In this document: in pieces, positions 26,916 to 39,659 of the stretch | Position numbering within the stretch: the stretch's first letter is position 1 | How the letters are laid out: each line of letters starts with the position of its first letter | NCBI GenBank assembly: GCA_976551045.1 | Contig: CDPCPM010000114.1 | Location: 9,052,001-9,116,000, forward strand | Direction: 5' to 3' | DNA length: 64,000 nucleotides | From: Glaucostegus cemiculus | Lineage: Eukaryota | Program-made: the position numbers and the translations under genes | The notes under the pieces: generated by a model | Databases searched by the model: none | Seen by the model: only the letters and a program-made list of their open reading frames with translations | Told to the model about the DNA's origin: nothing

Positions 26916-28076
26916 TCAGAATCAGAATCAGAATCAGTTTTATTGTCACAACCATATACATACATGGTACGCATAGGAGCGAGATACCGTCCTCCACAGG
27001 TGCTCGTCTCATAAAAAAAGAATAACATAACAACCAACAGAGAGACACATGCACACTTGGCAGAATACACAGTACAAAACATTACACATTAGTTCTTAAA
27101 TAAATAGATCTTAAAGTGAACGTGCTGGTGTCGGGCATTTAAAGTGCTGGTGCATTTCTGTACACCTAGCATCTCTTAGTGTTAACAAAGGAAGATGGAG
27201 GGATGAGAGAGTTTGCAGTTCTGATGGCTTGCGGAAAGAAGCTATTGTTCAGCCTGGACGTTCTTGCCCTGATACATTTAAGCCTCCTCCCTGATGGCAA
27301 AATTGTGAAGAGGTGGTGAGAGGGGTCGGCCATTATGCTTTTGGTCTTCCTCACACAACGGTCTTTGTATATGTCTGCGAGGGATGGGAGCGAGACACCT
27401 ATGATCCACTCCGCAGCCTTAACTATCTTCTGGAGGGACTTCCGCCCAGCAGCTGAGCAGCTTCCAAACCAAACAGTGATACATTGAGTTAGGATGCTCT
27501 CAATGGTCCCCCTGTAGAAGGATTTCATGACTGAGGGGTGTGGGTACGCTTTCCTCAGTCTCCGCAGGAAGTAGAGGCGTTTCTGAGCCTTCTTCGTGAG
27601 GGCCGTAATTTTAGTGGACCAGGTCAGGTCGTCGGTGATGTGCACCCCCAGGAACTTGGTGCTGCGTACTTGTTCCACAGCAGACCCGTTGATGGTCAGG
27701 GGGGCGTGCACACGATGACCCCTCCTAAAATCCACTATCATCTCCTTGGTTTTATCCACATTCAAGGAGAGGTTGTTGTCATGGCACCACACGGCTAGTT
27801 GGTTCACCTCCTCTCTATAGTCCGACTCATCGTCATTCGTGACAAGACCCACCACTGTCGTGTCATCGGCAAATTTAACAATGCGGTTGGAGCTGAATCT
27901 AGCCTCACAGTCGTGGGTCAACAAGATGAACAGGAGCGGACTGAGCACACAACCCTGAGGGGAGCCAGTGCTCAGTGTGATGGTGCTTGAGGTGTTTTCA
28001 CCAATTTTGACTGACTGCGGCCTGCAAGTTAGAAAATCCAGTATCCAGTTGCAGAGAGGAGTGTTGATGCCCAGAG
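26916..28076 (-). mobile_element. Young 5'-truncated Rex1/Babar LINE with open RT frame
   Basis: Frame open from the truncation to stop at 27166: [36 protein letters not shown]; (TTCTGA)n tail; CTATAA at 26910-26915 and 28077-28082 as candidate TSD. Confidence 0.95.
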
Positions 28077-28159
28077 CTATAAGAATAATATCAGTGTTTT
28101 AATCAAAAGTGGTCACTGTGTTTAACCCGTTATGATTTCACCACAACGTTCCTGTCCAT

Positions 28160-28312
28160 ACTGACCTTCTCCCCTTTCCTCCCAATCCTGATTCAGGCTG
28201 TCAGCCTGAGACATCAACTTTCCCTTTGCCTCCACAGATACTACCTGACCCACTGAGCTCCTTCAGCAGTTTCTTTTTGTTCCAGATTCCAGCATCTGCA
28301 GTCCCTTGTGGC
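28160..28312 (+). mobile_element. Penelope-derived terminal-repeat copy, decayed
   Basis: CTCCACAGATACTACCTGACCCACTGAGCTCCTTCAGC..CCAGATTCCAGCATCTGCAG. Confidence 0.7.
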
Positions 28313-29924
28313 TCCCACTTTCACTTGGCTCTGTGATGTCTCCTTGTTGTTCATCTTAATCAACCTTCTCGGTAATCTTACTGAATGATGGAACAGGTTC
28401 AAGCGGTCATGTGGCCATCTCCTGTTTCCTTGACATGTTGTTATGTCTTAATGGAGCCTGTAATGGCAGAGAGATGAACATCAAGAAGTAATGACATTAA
28501 ACATTGTGAGAGCTCAGAATCCAGCAGAAATAGCAGAGGTCTACCTGCTTCTTTATTATAGGTTGCTCAGAGGCTATGTTGGCACTCTCTTAGTTACACA
28601 CTCCTCCTTTGTGGAGATACTTAATGTGTTACAAAAGGATGTTTTATTAGCTGTTGCAGCACAGAAAATTCCAATGAATTTCAAGGCTTAACTTAGGACT
28701 GTTTGTAGTCTTTCTACCCTGACGCATCAGAGCTGTGTTGACTATTTAGTGCCCATGATTGGATATTAATAAATTTGGGCTGATATTTATAACATATGAA
28801 GATGACCTTGAATGGAACTCAGTAGGGAAAATACAGAAAGCATGTGCATCCCTTGCCATTACCAATGAAATACAGAGAAAGAAAAGAAAAACAGAAGCTG
28901 AAAAATTAGTACAAAACCGAGCACAGACAGTATGTGTATCATGGCTGATGAACTGTCTTGTAGCAATATGAATCTATTTCCATAAAGTAAAAGATGAGTT
29001 TTCAGTGTAGATTTGTTAAGGTTCTGTTTCATGGTTATTCAATTGATATTAGATCATCAGTTTGATAAAATGGCAAAAATACAAGATGTTTGTTCCAAAT
29101 TACATAATCTTAAATGCTTCCCCCCTCTTTGGCATTTCTGTAAAAGTTATTATTTACTGAGGAAGAAAATGGATATGCAAGCTCCATGAACAACTCTGCC
29201 AAACAACAGGAGGTACCCAAATATCCTCTGGCAATTCTCCCTCTTCCCAAAAGAGAACAGAGATCAGTTACAGAATCATTCTGCTCTGTTATTTATAATA
29301 GAATTAAACCAACATTTCAATTCATGTGCATGTATTTGTACATCTTCGCCATGCTTGTAATTTCAGAGCTAAGAGTTCTATTTTCCATCACAGTGTTTCC
29401 CAGGAAACGAGCTCTGCTTCACCCCTTCTGTCTGCACAAGCCTTATTATGAACAGTCTTCCCCAACACTCCAATTACTCGGACCAAAATGCAAGCAACCA
29501 GACTGAGTTTGCCTCCACTGATCCCTCCCATCAATTATCCCTCCTTGACATCCTGCAGGGAGATTGGGAACTTCCTGTGTGATGGACAAATGAATCCTTA
29601 AATAATTAACAATGTGTTCAGGGCTGAATTGAAAGTAAGGGTTTTACGAAGAGATACCAATTTGAATCTGATACTTGGAATATTTTTGATAAAATAATAC
29701 ACATAATTTTATCACTGTGCCATTGCTTTAAACAAAACTTTAGTCAAGATCGTACTGATATTCTACTCAAATATGTCAGTACATGTCTGAGAAATATTGG
29801 TAATTATTTTGGATGTAGTGCAATCACTGAAAATAAGCAATATTGCAGATAGAGCAGAAGGACTGTATAATGACAATGAAACCATGCGATTGGTCCATTT
29901 GTTGTAGAACAATAACAACGTACT

Positions 29925-30250
29925 CAGACAGCAACCTCAATGTCACAAAATGTCACATTACTTAAAAGAGGATTGTCAACAAAACTTTCAAACTGATCCA
30001 CATTAGGAGCTACTGAGACAGATGACCAAAAACTTGCTCAAAGAGGTACATCTTTAAAATGTGGTTTTCAAGGGTGGGAGAAGAGAGCCCGAGAGAAATG
30101 GGGTGGGAGTTTCAGCTTTCGGGGATTTACCAGTTGAGTGTTCAGCCACGAGTCATGGAGCAATGTCAGAATGGGAGAGGCACACAGATTTTGAAGGTTT
30201 GGATGGCTGGAGGAGTTCACAGAGATGAGGGGAGGCAAGGCTGCAAAGAG
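29925..30250 (-). mobile_element. Old L2-group LINE 3' end
   Basis: CAGATGACCAAAAACTTGCTCAAAGAGG..GGGAGTTTCAG pattern resembles L2 3' ends; no ORF. Confidence 0.5.
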
Positions 30251-31444
30251 TTAGGAAAACTGATAATTCTAATACAGTCATTATTGCTTCAGGAGCTATA
30301 ATTCTGATAATGCCTTTTTTTTTGCTTGATTCTGGCAATGCTAACTGCCGCATTCAAACTCTCACCTGTTCTGATCAATCTAGGTGCAGTAATTAATCCA
30401 GTATAATGCAGGTTATTTCTGCATTTTGCACTTAATTTTGACAAAGTTGTTGGGTCTTTCAGGCCTCTAAAAGTTGAAATAATCAGCATACTTCATCAAG
30501 ATCAATTCACAAGATCTTTATGCAGCCCCTCAAAAAGAACTAAGTGTGAGGATGCAAATTCAACTGTTCATGTAATTAGGTTTAGTCTTCAGATGCAATG
30601 GAAGCTTTTACAAGATAAATTAGACATATATTAAGTGTCTCAGAGAGGAACCAAAATCTATTCCAGGTTGCTGATTTAACTGCATGCCTAGCTTAGCACA
30701 CAGCAAAAATTATTAAGGTTCCTGGGTTTGACCCAGCTTGTTTTGGCTCTGGAATGAGGCTGGTGCTATTGTGATTCTGCTGCAGGTATTATCTTCGTCA
30801 GCCTCCAACTGTGTAAACGCAGTAATTTACAGTGCGCTCTTTCAGAGTGTAATCAGCTTTAGTTTGAGCACTAAAGTAAATTCAAGATCATGGGGCTCTA
30901 TTGAGAAGGACATGCACCAAACTATCTTGAGAGTTAAACTGAAGTATTTTGCCAACTTTTTTTAATTTAACTTAAATGGATGAATAATAAGAATATGGCT
31001 GTGTGATTTCACCTCTGAAACTTGGAACCTATGTAGCATGTGTATTATTTATTGGTACCACATTAAAATCTGTTACGTAGTATGATAACTTCTGGGGAGT
31101 GTGTTTGTCTCTGTGGAAGACAGACACAGTGAGAAAGCTGTCCTGACAGTATTATCTTCCATCTGATAAAGCACCCTTGTTTGTTTGAAGTACTGACTGT
31201 TTCCCAGTTAGACTGAGATACTGAGCAGAATTGCACTGTTGCACTGCCTGGCTGGAGAGTGCCCGTCAATTTGTCAGCACAGAACTGGAGGTCAAGTGTG
31301 TCTACAGCTGACCTCTCACTTGGCCAGCATGGTCTGGGGTCGTTATAGAACTTGTTGAGTTGCATCCAACTTCCTATCTTTGCACCAGCCACAGATGGCA
31401 CATTAGCCCTGGACCATTCATTTGAAAGGAATTGGCGACTTTCA

Positions 31445-31570
31445 TTCCGGCTTCTGCCCTCCTCCTTTCCAGCCCCGATGAAGGGTCTCAACCTGAAGCG
31501 TCAACTGTTTATTTCCCTCCACAGAATCTGCCTGACGTGCTGAGTTCCTCCAGCATTTTGTCTTTTGTTT
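31445..31570 (+). mobile_element. Penelope-derived terminal-repeat copy with hammerhead remnant at 31471-31506
   Basis: AGCC CCGATGA A GGGT CTCA ACCT GAA GCGT C AACT. Confidence 0.8.
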
Positions 31571-31699
31571 CCCTTTGTTATGTGTTTAATCAGTGCACAT
31601 TGCTTCAGTGTTGTAAGTGAATTTTATAATTTAAAAAAAAAATTCTTTTGAATAACGCTTACATTTTGTTCACTTGTTACAAAATGTCTCTGACTCTCA

Positions 31700-32120
31700 G
31701 CAGAAGGCCGACAGGGCGGAGTGAAGGTGGGGCCTTTGTTTCTGCCGCCTGTAACCTCATCACCACTTGCAGATTGCTCCACCTTAAAGAATGGTTTCTG
31801 CAGCAATGGCAGCAGTTCATTAGCTGTTGCAGTGTTGTGAAAGGTTAGCATGGGAGCCCCAGGCCAGATCCTGCTCAATTGGCCTGCAGTCAGAAGTGAC
31901 AGATAATGAAACTCTGAAATTTAGATGCTGTCTTCCTTTTCAATGGCAACCTAAAATGGACAAATTTTTGTTTTTGGTTATGATCATGGACGTGTTGTTG
32001 CTGCACCTCCCACGCCCGCCCACCCCAGATTTAGAGGGTCTGGATCAGGGTGGTGAGGCTCGGCCTCGGGTGACGTGCTGCTGACGTCCCACCCCGGGAG
32101 ACTTTGTTCGGGGGAGAAGC
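31700..32120. promoter_or_regulatory. Candidate promoter/enhancer (GC boxes, CRE-like sites, retained CpGs)
   Basis: GGGCGGAG 31714; CCACGCCCGCCCACCCC 32010-32026; TGACGT at 32071 and 32082; CpGs retained in a CpG-poor window. Confidence 0.4.
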
Positions 32121-32589
32121 TGTTGAACAGCATTGCCTGTGGACAAAGCTGAGACTGTAATTTAGAAGCTTCTGTCTCATAAATGGCATAAACAATGTTT
32201 AGAAAACTATTTTTACATGAAAGTGCCTTTAAAAATGCCAACACACTTAGAAGTAATGGAAACATTCAAATAATAAAAGTTAAAAATATAACAATTTACC
32301 ATCCATTCTCCAGGCCAGGAATAACACGTTATAATGAATGGGAACTTTCACCTGCCATTGGAGAAAGAAACTCTGTTAATGCCTCAGTTCTCCTCTTTTC
32401 CTGCATCTTATGTTGGAGCATAATGACAAATGCTCCAGTATCTGTCACTCAGTGAGTCTCCGAGTTCTGCATTCAACTACACAGGCATGGAACTGCAAGA
32501 CTTGGTGAGATGTTAACGGCTGAAAGCCATCAATCCCGTGCAGAAGCGCCAACTGCAGTCAGCAAGATTTGTCCCAGAGAATCATTACC

Positions 32590-33430
32590 ACACAGAAGGA
32601 GACTATTTGATATATCAGCTCTTTGTCCGACAAATCCATTTAGTCCCATTCCCCAGCTCTTTTTCCTAAAGCCTGCAATTTTGATTTCCTTCAAGCACTT
32701 ATCGAATTCTTTTTTAAAAGCCATGATTGACTGTTTCCAGCAACCTTTCAGACTTTGAACTCCAGATCATAACCACTCACCACTTGAGAAAGTTTTACCT
32801 CCTGTCACCTTTGCTTCTTTCGACAATCCCCTTAAATCTATGTCCTCTGGTTCTCAATAGAAACAGTTCATTCACTCTGTGTAGATGCCTTGTGATTTTG
32901 AATGCTTCAATCAAATCACATTTCAGCCTTCTCTGCTAAAAGGAGAGCAGCTGAAGTTCTTTGGACTCTGAATGTAATTGGTCTTTCATCTCTGGGGCCA
33001 TTCCAGCACATTTTTTCTGCACCCTCTTCAGGCCCTGCACATTTTTTTCTCTGGTTTGATACCCAGAATTGGATACGTAGCTTCACTGTGGCTTTCTCAC
33101 TGTTTTATTGAAGTTCATTGTAACTTCCCTGCTTTTCCCTTCATTGCCTCTATTTGTAAAAATCCAACACCCCCTTCAAGTTTTCTTCAAAAACAGCTTT
33201 TTCAACTTGCACTGACACCTTCAAGCCTTTCAGGACTGTATAGTTTATAATATATGGCCACCTTTGCTTTTTCTGACAAGATCTAGCACACCTAAATTTG
33301 CATTGGTAAGTACATCTGCTGGATATCCTACTCCTCTCACCAGACTTTCCCTAGTAGTCCATCACAAACTACTCACCACTCTTCCAAAGTTTTATGTCAA
33401 GCGCAAATTTTGAAATTGTCCCCTGTACAC
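32590..33430 (-). mobile_element. Old CR1 LINE 3' fragment
   Basis: AFKKEFDKCLK; minus strand has RVVMIWSS and IQFW-like motifs. Confidence 0.7.
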
Positions 33431-35323
33431 ACCTAAAGCTGCCAGGGTGTTCCATCATTATGTCATGAAACTGACAACAACCTCTGAAAAGAATTAATGC
33501 ATATTGTTAAGTGTAGATATCCATAAGCTGCTGTCAGTGATTCAGTGTGCCCCTCTAAGTGTGCTGTTTTGGTGGCTTCACCACCATATCTGTAGAATTT
33601 CAGTGACATGGTGAAAGCATGGGTATTTCTGAGCCATCCTTTCTGTGATATAACCTGAAAGTTTTACATTTGTTATGTAAGGTATAATTGAAATTTAATG
33701 GCATACCAAGCCAAATTTATGCTCAGCGGTCTCTCTGGTACAAAATAATTCTTTGTAGTGTGGACTGTAATTTTCTCATGTATTTCAAAACAAAAGGGTT
33801 TTAAAATATTTATTTGTAAGCTCTTATTCAGTTTCTTGCTCTTATTCAGACATTGAGATTAAGTTCTAATTTTTATTTTGTGCCCAGCCAAGCATCGAAA
33901 ATAGTTGTTAATAGTTTTTGTTTTCACTTCCTATTTTTGCGGTGAGTGAGAATTCTTTAATTTAATTGGCTGCTCAACCAACTCGATCACTTCCTGTTGC
34001 TGGACCCCTTGAACTAATGCCAGACAGCAATTGGCATCAGAAGTGGAAAAGCACGCCACAGACTGCTGGAATTGTGTCAGAGCCTTTCTTGAGGTCGGCG
34101 ATGAGATGAACCGCTTTGGCCCAACTGCTGAACCCAGAAGCCAAGTGCCAAAAGCTTTATTTGACATCAATTTACCAGTCTCACTCGCTGGGAACAGAAG
34201 TGTTATAGTTACATAACTGGAGGCATTTAATTGAAGTAATGCAAAAAGAGCTGTAAATAACTCAAGTTACACCAACCTTGAGATTACAGAGACCCAGAGC
34301 AAAGATGGAAGATGCTATATTTGCAACACTGAATACAACAACTTAATTAGAATTTTATACAGAGACATTAAAAAGTGGCAGAGGTAGTTATGAAGGGGTT
34401 GACAGTCAGTTGAAGATTATTTATACCACATAGATTTATATGCTTATTAAGTTCTGCTTGTGCTCTTTGACCTTGCACATTGAGATACATTGAAAGGATT
34501 AATACAAGGATTTAACAAAAACATGGTAACTACTGTGCTAAATTATTACTCAATGTAGACTATTGAAGAAACTATCAGTGTAGTTTCTTTTTGAAACTAC
34601 ACTTGAAGATACTGTCAGAGTATTTTTATTAATTTGGTTCTTTAGGCAGAAACAGGAGCTTACTTCTGATGGCTTTAATCATATGCTTGATTTTTTAAAA
34701 TATTTGTACGGAAAATATTTTACTCTGACTGTTTTGAAATCAGGTCTTCTCCCCATGTGACAAAGGAGTATCTCAAATGTTCTTTATTTTTGTTTGCAGA
34801 GTATTTTTTCAGGGGAGAAAACTCGTTCATAAAAAATAATCACAGGCTTTAAATTTTATTTTGTTTGTGCATGAATAAGAAAATGTTGGTGATGTACTGC
34901 CAAATAGGGCAAACTAAATTGCAATTACATTTATGCTCAATTAACATAGTAGAATTCAGAGAAGTAACTGATTTGTAAAATCACTTTTCCAAAGTCCCCA
35001 AGTACAATCATTGCACACTGAAGAAGATATATTTATATCAAAGTATGACAAGTGAGAATTATTCGAGAAATTTTTTCCTGATGGTTATTTTGCTGGGTTT
35101 AATTATTTCATGTGTTAATTTTAAAAGTATAAACAATTCTCTTTTCTCCCATGTCTTTCCTGTCAACCATTCAGCATAAATAGTATCACATTTAACCGTT
35201 GTTTTAAATCTGGAACAATTGTGCCTGTGAGCTGTGTATGAAGGGGGTGAGATGGGAGGGTGAGGGGGTGGGGAAAATTATACAATAACACAATTACGGT
35301 GGCAGCTCTGAACAGACTATGCA

Positions 35324-35337
35324 GTTACTATGGCAAC
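35324..35337. promoter_or_regulatory. RFX X-box motif
   Basis: GTTACTATGGCAAC matches GTTNCCATGGNAAC with one deviation; unique sequence. Confidence 0.45.
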
Positions 35338-35988
35338 AGGGTCTGCAAAGCGCCATCCTGAGTGTCAAGTTGGAGAGCTCTGCGAAATCAAGGATAGCAG
35401 AAAATAAGAGTCTGTGACCTTTTCTGTTAATAATAGATACATTTGGCAGTGTTAAATTGCATTCCTTGAACAAAATCTTCCATATAAAAATTGCATTCCC
35501 TAAAGTTGGCCCAAAGCATCTCCCACCTCTTTATGTACTTATTATTCTGACCTACTTTAAATTTCCATGCATGTTTCATCATTTTCTACCTATGATGGGG
35601 TCAAAGGATCTGCTTCCAGGCCTAAAGTGGCAGGGAGGGATGGCTTGGAGCGGCTGAGGTTGAGATTTACCCTCCCTGCTGTGCATTGGCTGGATTGTAG
35701 ATTTGGAACCTGGCACAGGATCATCACAGGCAAGAACGAATCCATCAACCATGCATCAACACATTGAAAATCAGAGGGCAGCCTTTTGATAAAGCCCCTG
35801 GCCATTGCATTGATAAGAGATGCGAGAGCAAAGTATGATGTTTTGTCCATGGGTGCAGATGGCACTGGCTTCTTCCCCATCCGATACCATCACCAGACCC
35901 CACCCTCCACCTGCTAACATTGCCAGAATGACCTCCCCAAGATACCATCAACAGAAACTTCCCCTCCACCTTCTGTCATCACTTGATT

Positions 35989-36164
35989 NNNNNNNNNNNN
36001 NNNNNNNNNNNNNNNNNNNNNNNNNNNNNNNNNNNNNNNNNNNNNNNNNNNNNNNNNNNNNNNNNNNNNNNNNNNNNNNNNNNNNNNNNNNNNNNNNNNN
36101 NNNNNNNNNNNNNNNNNNNNNNNNNNNNNNNNNNNNNNNNNNNNNNNNNNNNNNNNNNNNNNNN
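35989..36164. other. Assembly gap (176 N)
   Basis: Run of N. Confidence 1.
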
Positions 36165-38198
36165 CACACAGCAGCATATAATGGACATATGATAACTACT
36201 ATCACACAGAAGCTGACAGTACAAAAAAAAATCTTTCCAGGTATCCAGCATGGAAAGAAAGAAGATGGGATCTGGAAAGTACTCTTGCAAAGGAATGTTT
36301 CCAACTCTGCAGAAATACAATGCAATGGTTGTAATTCATGAAATGTGTTGATTGAGGGAGCATCTTGGTGATAATTTTGATGATACCTGCACAAGCCAGA
36401 GTCAAGCATTGTTATTACCTGGATAAGTGTTGCAGCACCTCCTTGCATACTTCGTGACTGCATGATGGGTGAAGCCAATCAACGATGCTCCCTTCTAGTT
36501 GATGCATCATGCTTTATTTCATTGTTTATTGCTTGAAGCAAGAAATAGTATGTCTAGACTATCCCAAGCACCTCATCATTAAATAATAAAATACATTTGC
36601 TTGCCCAAAATGAGCATTTTCAGTTAAAGTAGTTTTCAGATGGAAGCAGAGGAATGCATAAAGAATAACGAAGCATTTCTTTGCACGAGTAATCGACAGG
36701 TCCCATCTTTCTCTTTGTACAGAATTCTTGGAAAGACTCTCTGTTCAGTCAGCTTCTCTGTGATAGGTTAACATATTGCTCGGTTGGACTTTTGTTGATA
36801 TTTTAAATTGGGCTATATCAATCGAGCCACCCATTACATATTTCTCTTTCTATTTTTTAAATAGAAAATAAGTTGCTAGAGATTTTATTACTAGAAGATA
36901 AATCAATATTGCTCCTTTCAGACTATTACCCAAAGTCAAAAATTATCCTGGTAATAACTACTGCAAAAATACAGCAGCACATTTAACACAGAGATGCAAC
37001 CCTCAGTCAAGCCTTCAGAAACAGAAGAGCTAGGGATGGTTAGCCATGACAAGTTGAGCAATTTGGAGAGAGATTTAAAGACAGGAAGAGAAAAGGAGAA
37101 GTATTTTAACAATGGCATCCTGGAGTCCAGATCAAGATGGTTAAAATCTCTGCAATAGAAGTGAGTGGACAAATACATAATAGATGCAGTATGAGGCAGA
37201 TAAACATTAAGTTATGCACTTTGCTGCGTTCAAGACTGCAGAAGTACATGCTCAGGGATGCACTCTAGTTGGTGCAGCCAATGCAAAGGCTCTGTGGGCA
37301 AGGACCACAGTCTAGGATCCTACCACTGCTGGTCATTGAGTGGTTGAGTCCAGCAGGGAAATGCCTCAAACAACAGAAGGGTGTATCACGCCAGGGAGCC
37401 ACATGAGTAGTAATGGCACATTGTAGAAAAAAGATGAGCTCACACTTCTATGTATGAAACCAGCAACACTGAATGTATTGATAAAACATGAGGAACGTAA
37501 AGAGTTTTGCAACGTGTTCTTCTTTTGTATGTATATTTTTATTATGAATGCAGTTTATTTTTGAAATTAATTTTGAAACCTAGATTACTGGAGCTATGAA
37601 GTAGTAACACTAGCTGCTGCACTGCCATTATATGTAAGAAACTTAATGATCTTTTTAAAATCTCATTCATAAGCTCATTCCTTACAAGTGCCTCTGTGCT
37701 CAAAGCACCCACTTTACTTGTTGGGGCCAATTTGGTAACCCCCAATCAAAAATGATCAATATGTGGGTGGGGCCTTCTTGCACAATGTTTTCCAAACCAG
37801 CACAAAACATTGCAGCAGTTTGATTTGCGCTGAACAATTCACAGCTCAAATTTACTGAATCCTTTGCAAGTTAGGCTCAAACCAGTGAATTACATATTTC
37901 TCTTCAAAAAAGCACTATCAGTGAGTGACTACCAGACCTGGAGGGGAAAAAGGGAAGAATGAATACAATATATCATTGTTACTCTGTAGTAAATTTGTCT
38001 TTTAAATATTTAGGTTTGGCGTTTAAATAGTTGTATTGTAAAATACGTGTATGTTTTAGTGTTAACATTTCAGAGACATCTAATAACATAACTAAACCAT
38101 CATTTTGCAGATCTACTGGTGCTGTAAGGGTTACAGTGAACGGATGCATTCAAGGAAATACATTGTGCTTACACAATTTTTTTATGGATGGTGTCTCT

Positions 38199-38212
38199 AT
38201 TGCTATGGCAAC
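38199..38212. promoter_or_regulatory. RFX X-box motif
   Basis: ATTGCTATGGCAAC (reverse complement GTTGCCATAGCAAT). Confidence 0.4.
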
Positions 38213-39289
38213 CAAAAGATTGGCAGAAACCCAGAATCAGTGTCATGCAGTGAGAGCGTTTATTCCAACATGACTCCAGTGTGAAAACAATATGAAACTC
38301 TCAAAATTTTAGGTGAGTTGCCATGCTGTTTTCACACCATTAAATTTATTTGGCAGGGCTTGTGCGACCAGCTTTTATCTTGGCATGGAAAAGAATGACG
38401 TAGATTGATGATATAACCTCTTTGCATTTGAAAGCAATACATGGTGTGCACTACATCTTACATGGGAAATAATTTTTCACCCTTGTTCCAAAAGGCATTC
38501 AATTTGGCCTCCCACACAAACACAGTGAAGGTTTGAAGGTACTGAGGGCAAGTTTGGTGCCTCCCCACAAAAGGGAACAAAAATGAAACGGAATTATTGT
38601 CTCTGTTTATATTTTCATTTACTTACAGCTGGACTCAAAAACTATTTATTAGTGAGAAAATGTGTTTCAGAGAAGAGTTTGCCAATGTAAAGGCATCATA
38701 ATGCATGCATCAGCATGGCCAGAGAGGTAGCACAAATATTGATTGAGTGAGACACTGGAGTTGAGACACGTGATTTGAAGTCTGAATTGTTTATTTAAAG
38801 TCATACTCAGTTTTCTTACTACTTAGATGAGAAGCTCTCAAACAGCTCATTCCCAGCTAAAATATGCCTTCTCTTCATCATCTTTATATGCTCATGACTC
38901 TGAAGCTTGTAACGATAGATGAGTTAATCTAACGTCAGTTGCAAGAAAACTCAAACTATCTATCTCAAACAGCCCATTTGGTTTGCCTTTAAATTGAAGG
39001 AAGTTGGAAAGCAAGTCAAGCAGTTCATATAATGATCCACTAACTCCTGCTACTTGTTTCATTATCATATCAAAGTTCACTTGGTTCAAATCCATTATTC
39101 AGAACCAAATTAGTGAGTATTTAGAGATGCATGGGATAATGAAGTACAGATGGTATAGATATGTTATCAGTCATAATTTTTGACAGATTTAATCTAATTT
39201 TTTTCAAGAAATAGCTGATTGCACAAATGAATGTAATCCAGTAGATATGCACCGCTATGGTTCACACCTCTGACGGGCATAGTGTGGAG

Positions 39290-39640
39290 CCATTCTCACC
39301 AAAAATGAGTGCATAAGCTAGGCTGATATTCAGTGCAGCACTGAGGGAGTACTGCATTATTGGAGGGGAGTCTGTCGGGTGAGATGTTAAGCTGTGGATG
39401 TAATAGATTTCTAAGTGTTGTTCGAAGTAGTGCAGTTATCCTGATCAATACTTGTACCATAATGCACATCACTGAAACAGTTTAACTGACCACTTATCTT
39501 AAGGCTGTTTGTTATATCTTTCTACGTGGAAAATAAACCATAATATTTAACTTTATCACAAGAGTGAGTGCTCAACGAAATTTCATTGTGAAATATATTG
39601 TGAGGTTCTAAAGATATGAGAAGTTTAAATAATTGGAGGT
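39290..39640 (+). mobile_element. Ancient Deu-domain SINE (SacSINE1/AmnSINE1-like)
   Basis: CTAGGCTGATATTCAGTGCAGCACTGAGGGAGTACTGCATTATTGGAGG..GAGATGTTAA and ACATCACTGAAACAG. Confidence 0.7.
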
Positions 39641-39659
39641 ATTCTTTACTTTCTTCATT

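Noticed and set aside
27166-27948. Longest ORF (260 aa) as a host gene
   Set aside because: It is the RT/C-terminus of a truncated Rex1 LINE with tail and TSD
31170-31430. Possible LF-SINE-like relic
   Set aside because: Similarity too weak to support by eye
34577-34603. 11-bp-stem hairpin as a terminator or structured RNA
   Set aside because: Isolated short inverted repeat with no supporting context
35820-36478. ORFs spanning the N run
   Set aside because: Artefacts of the assembly gap
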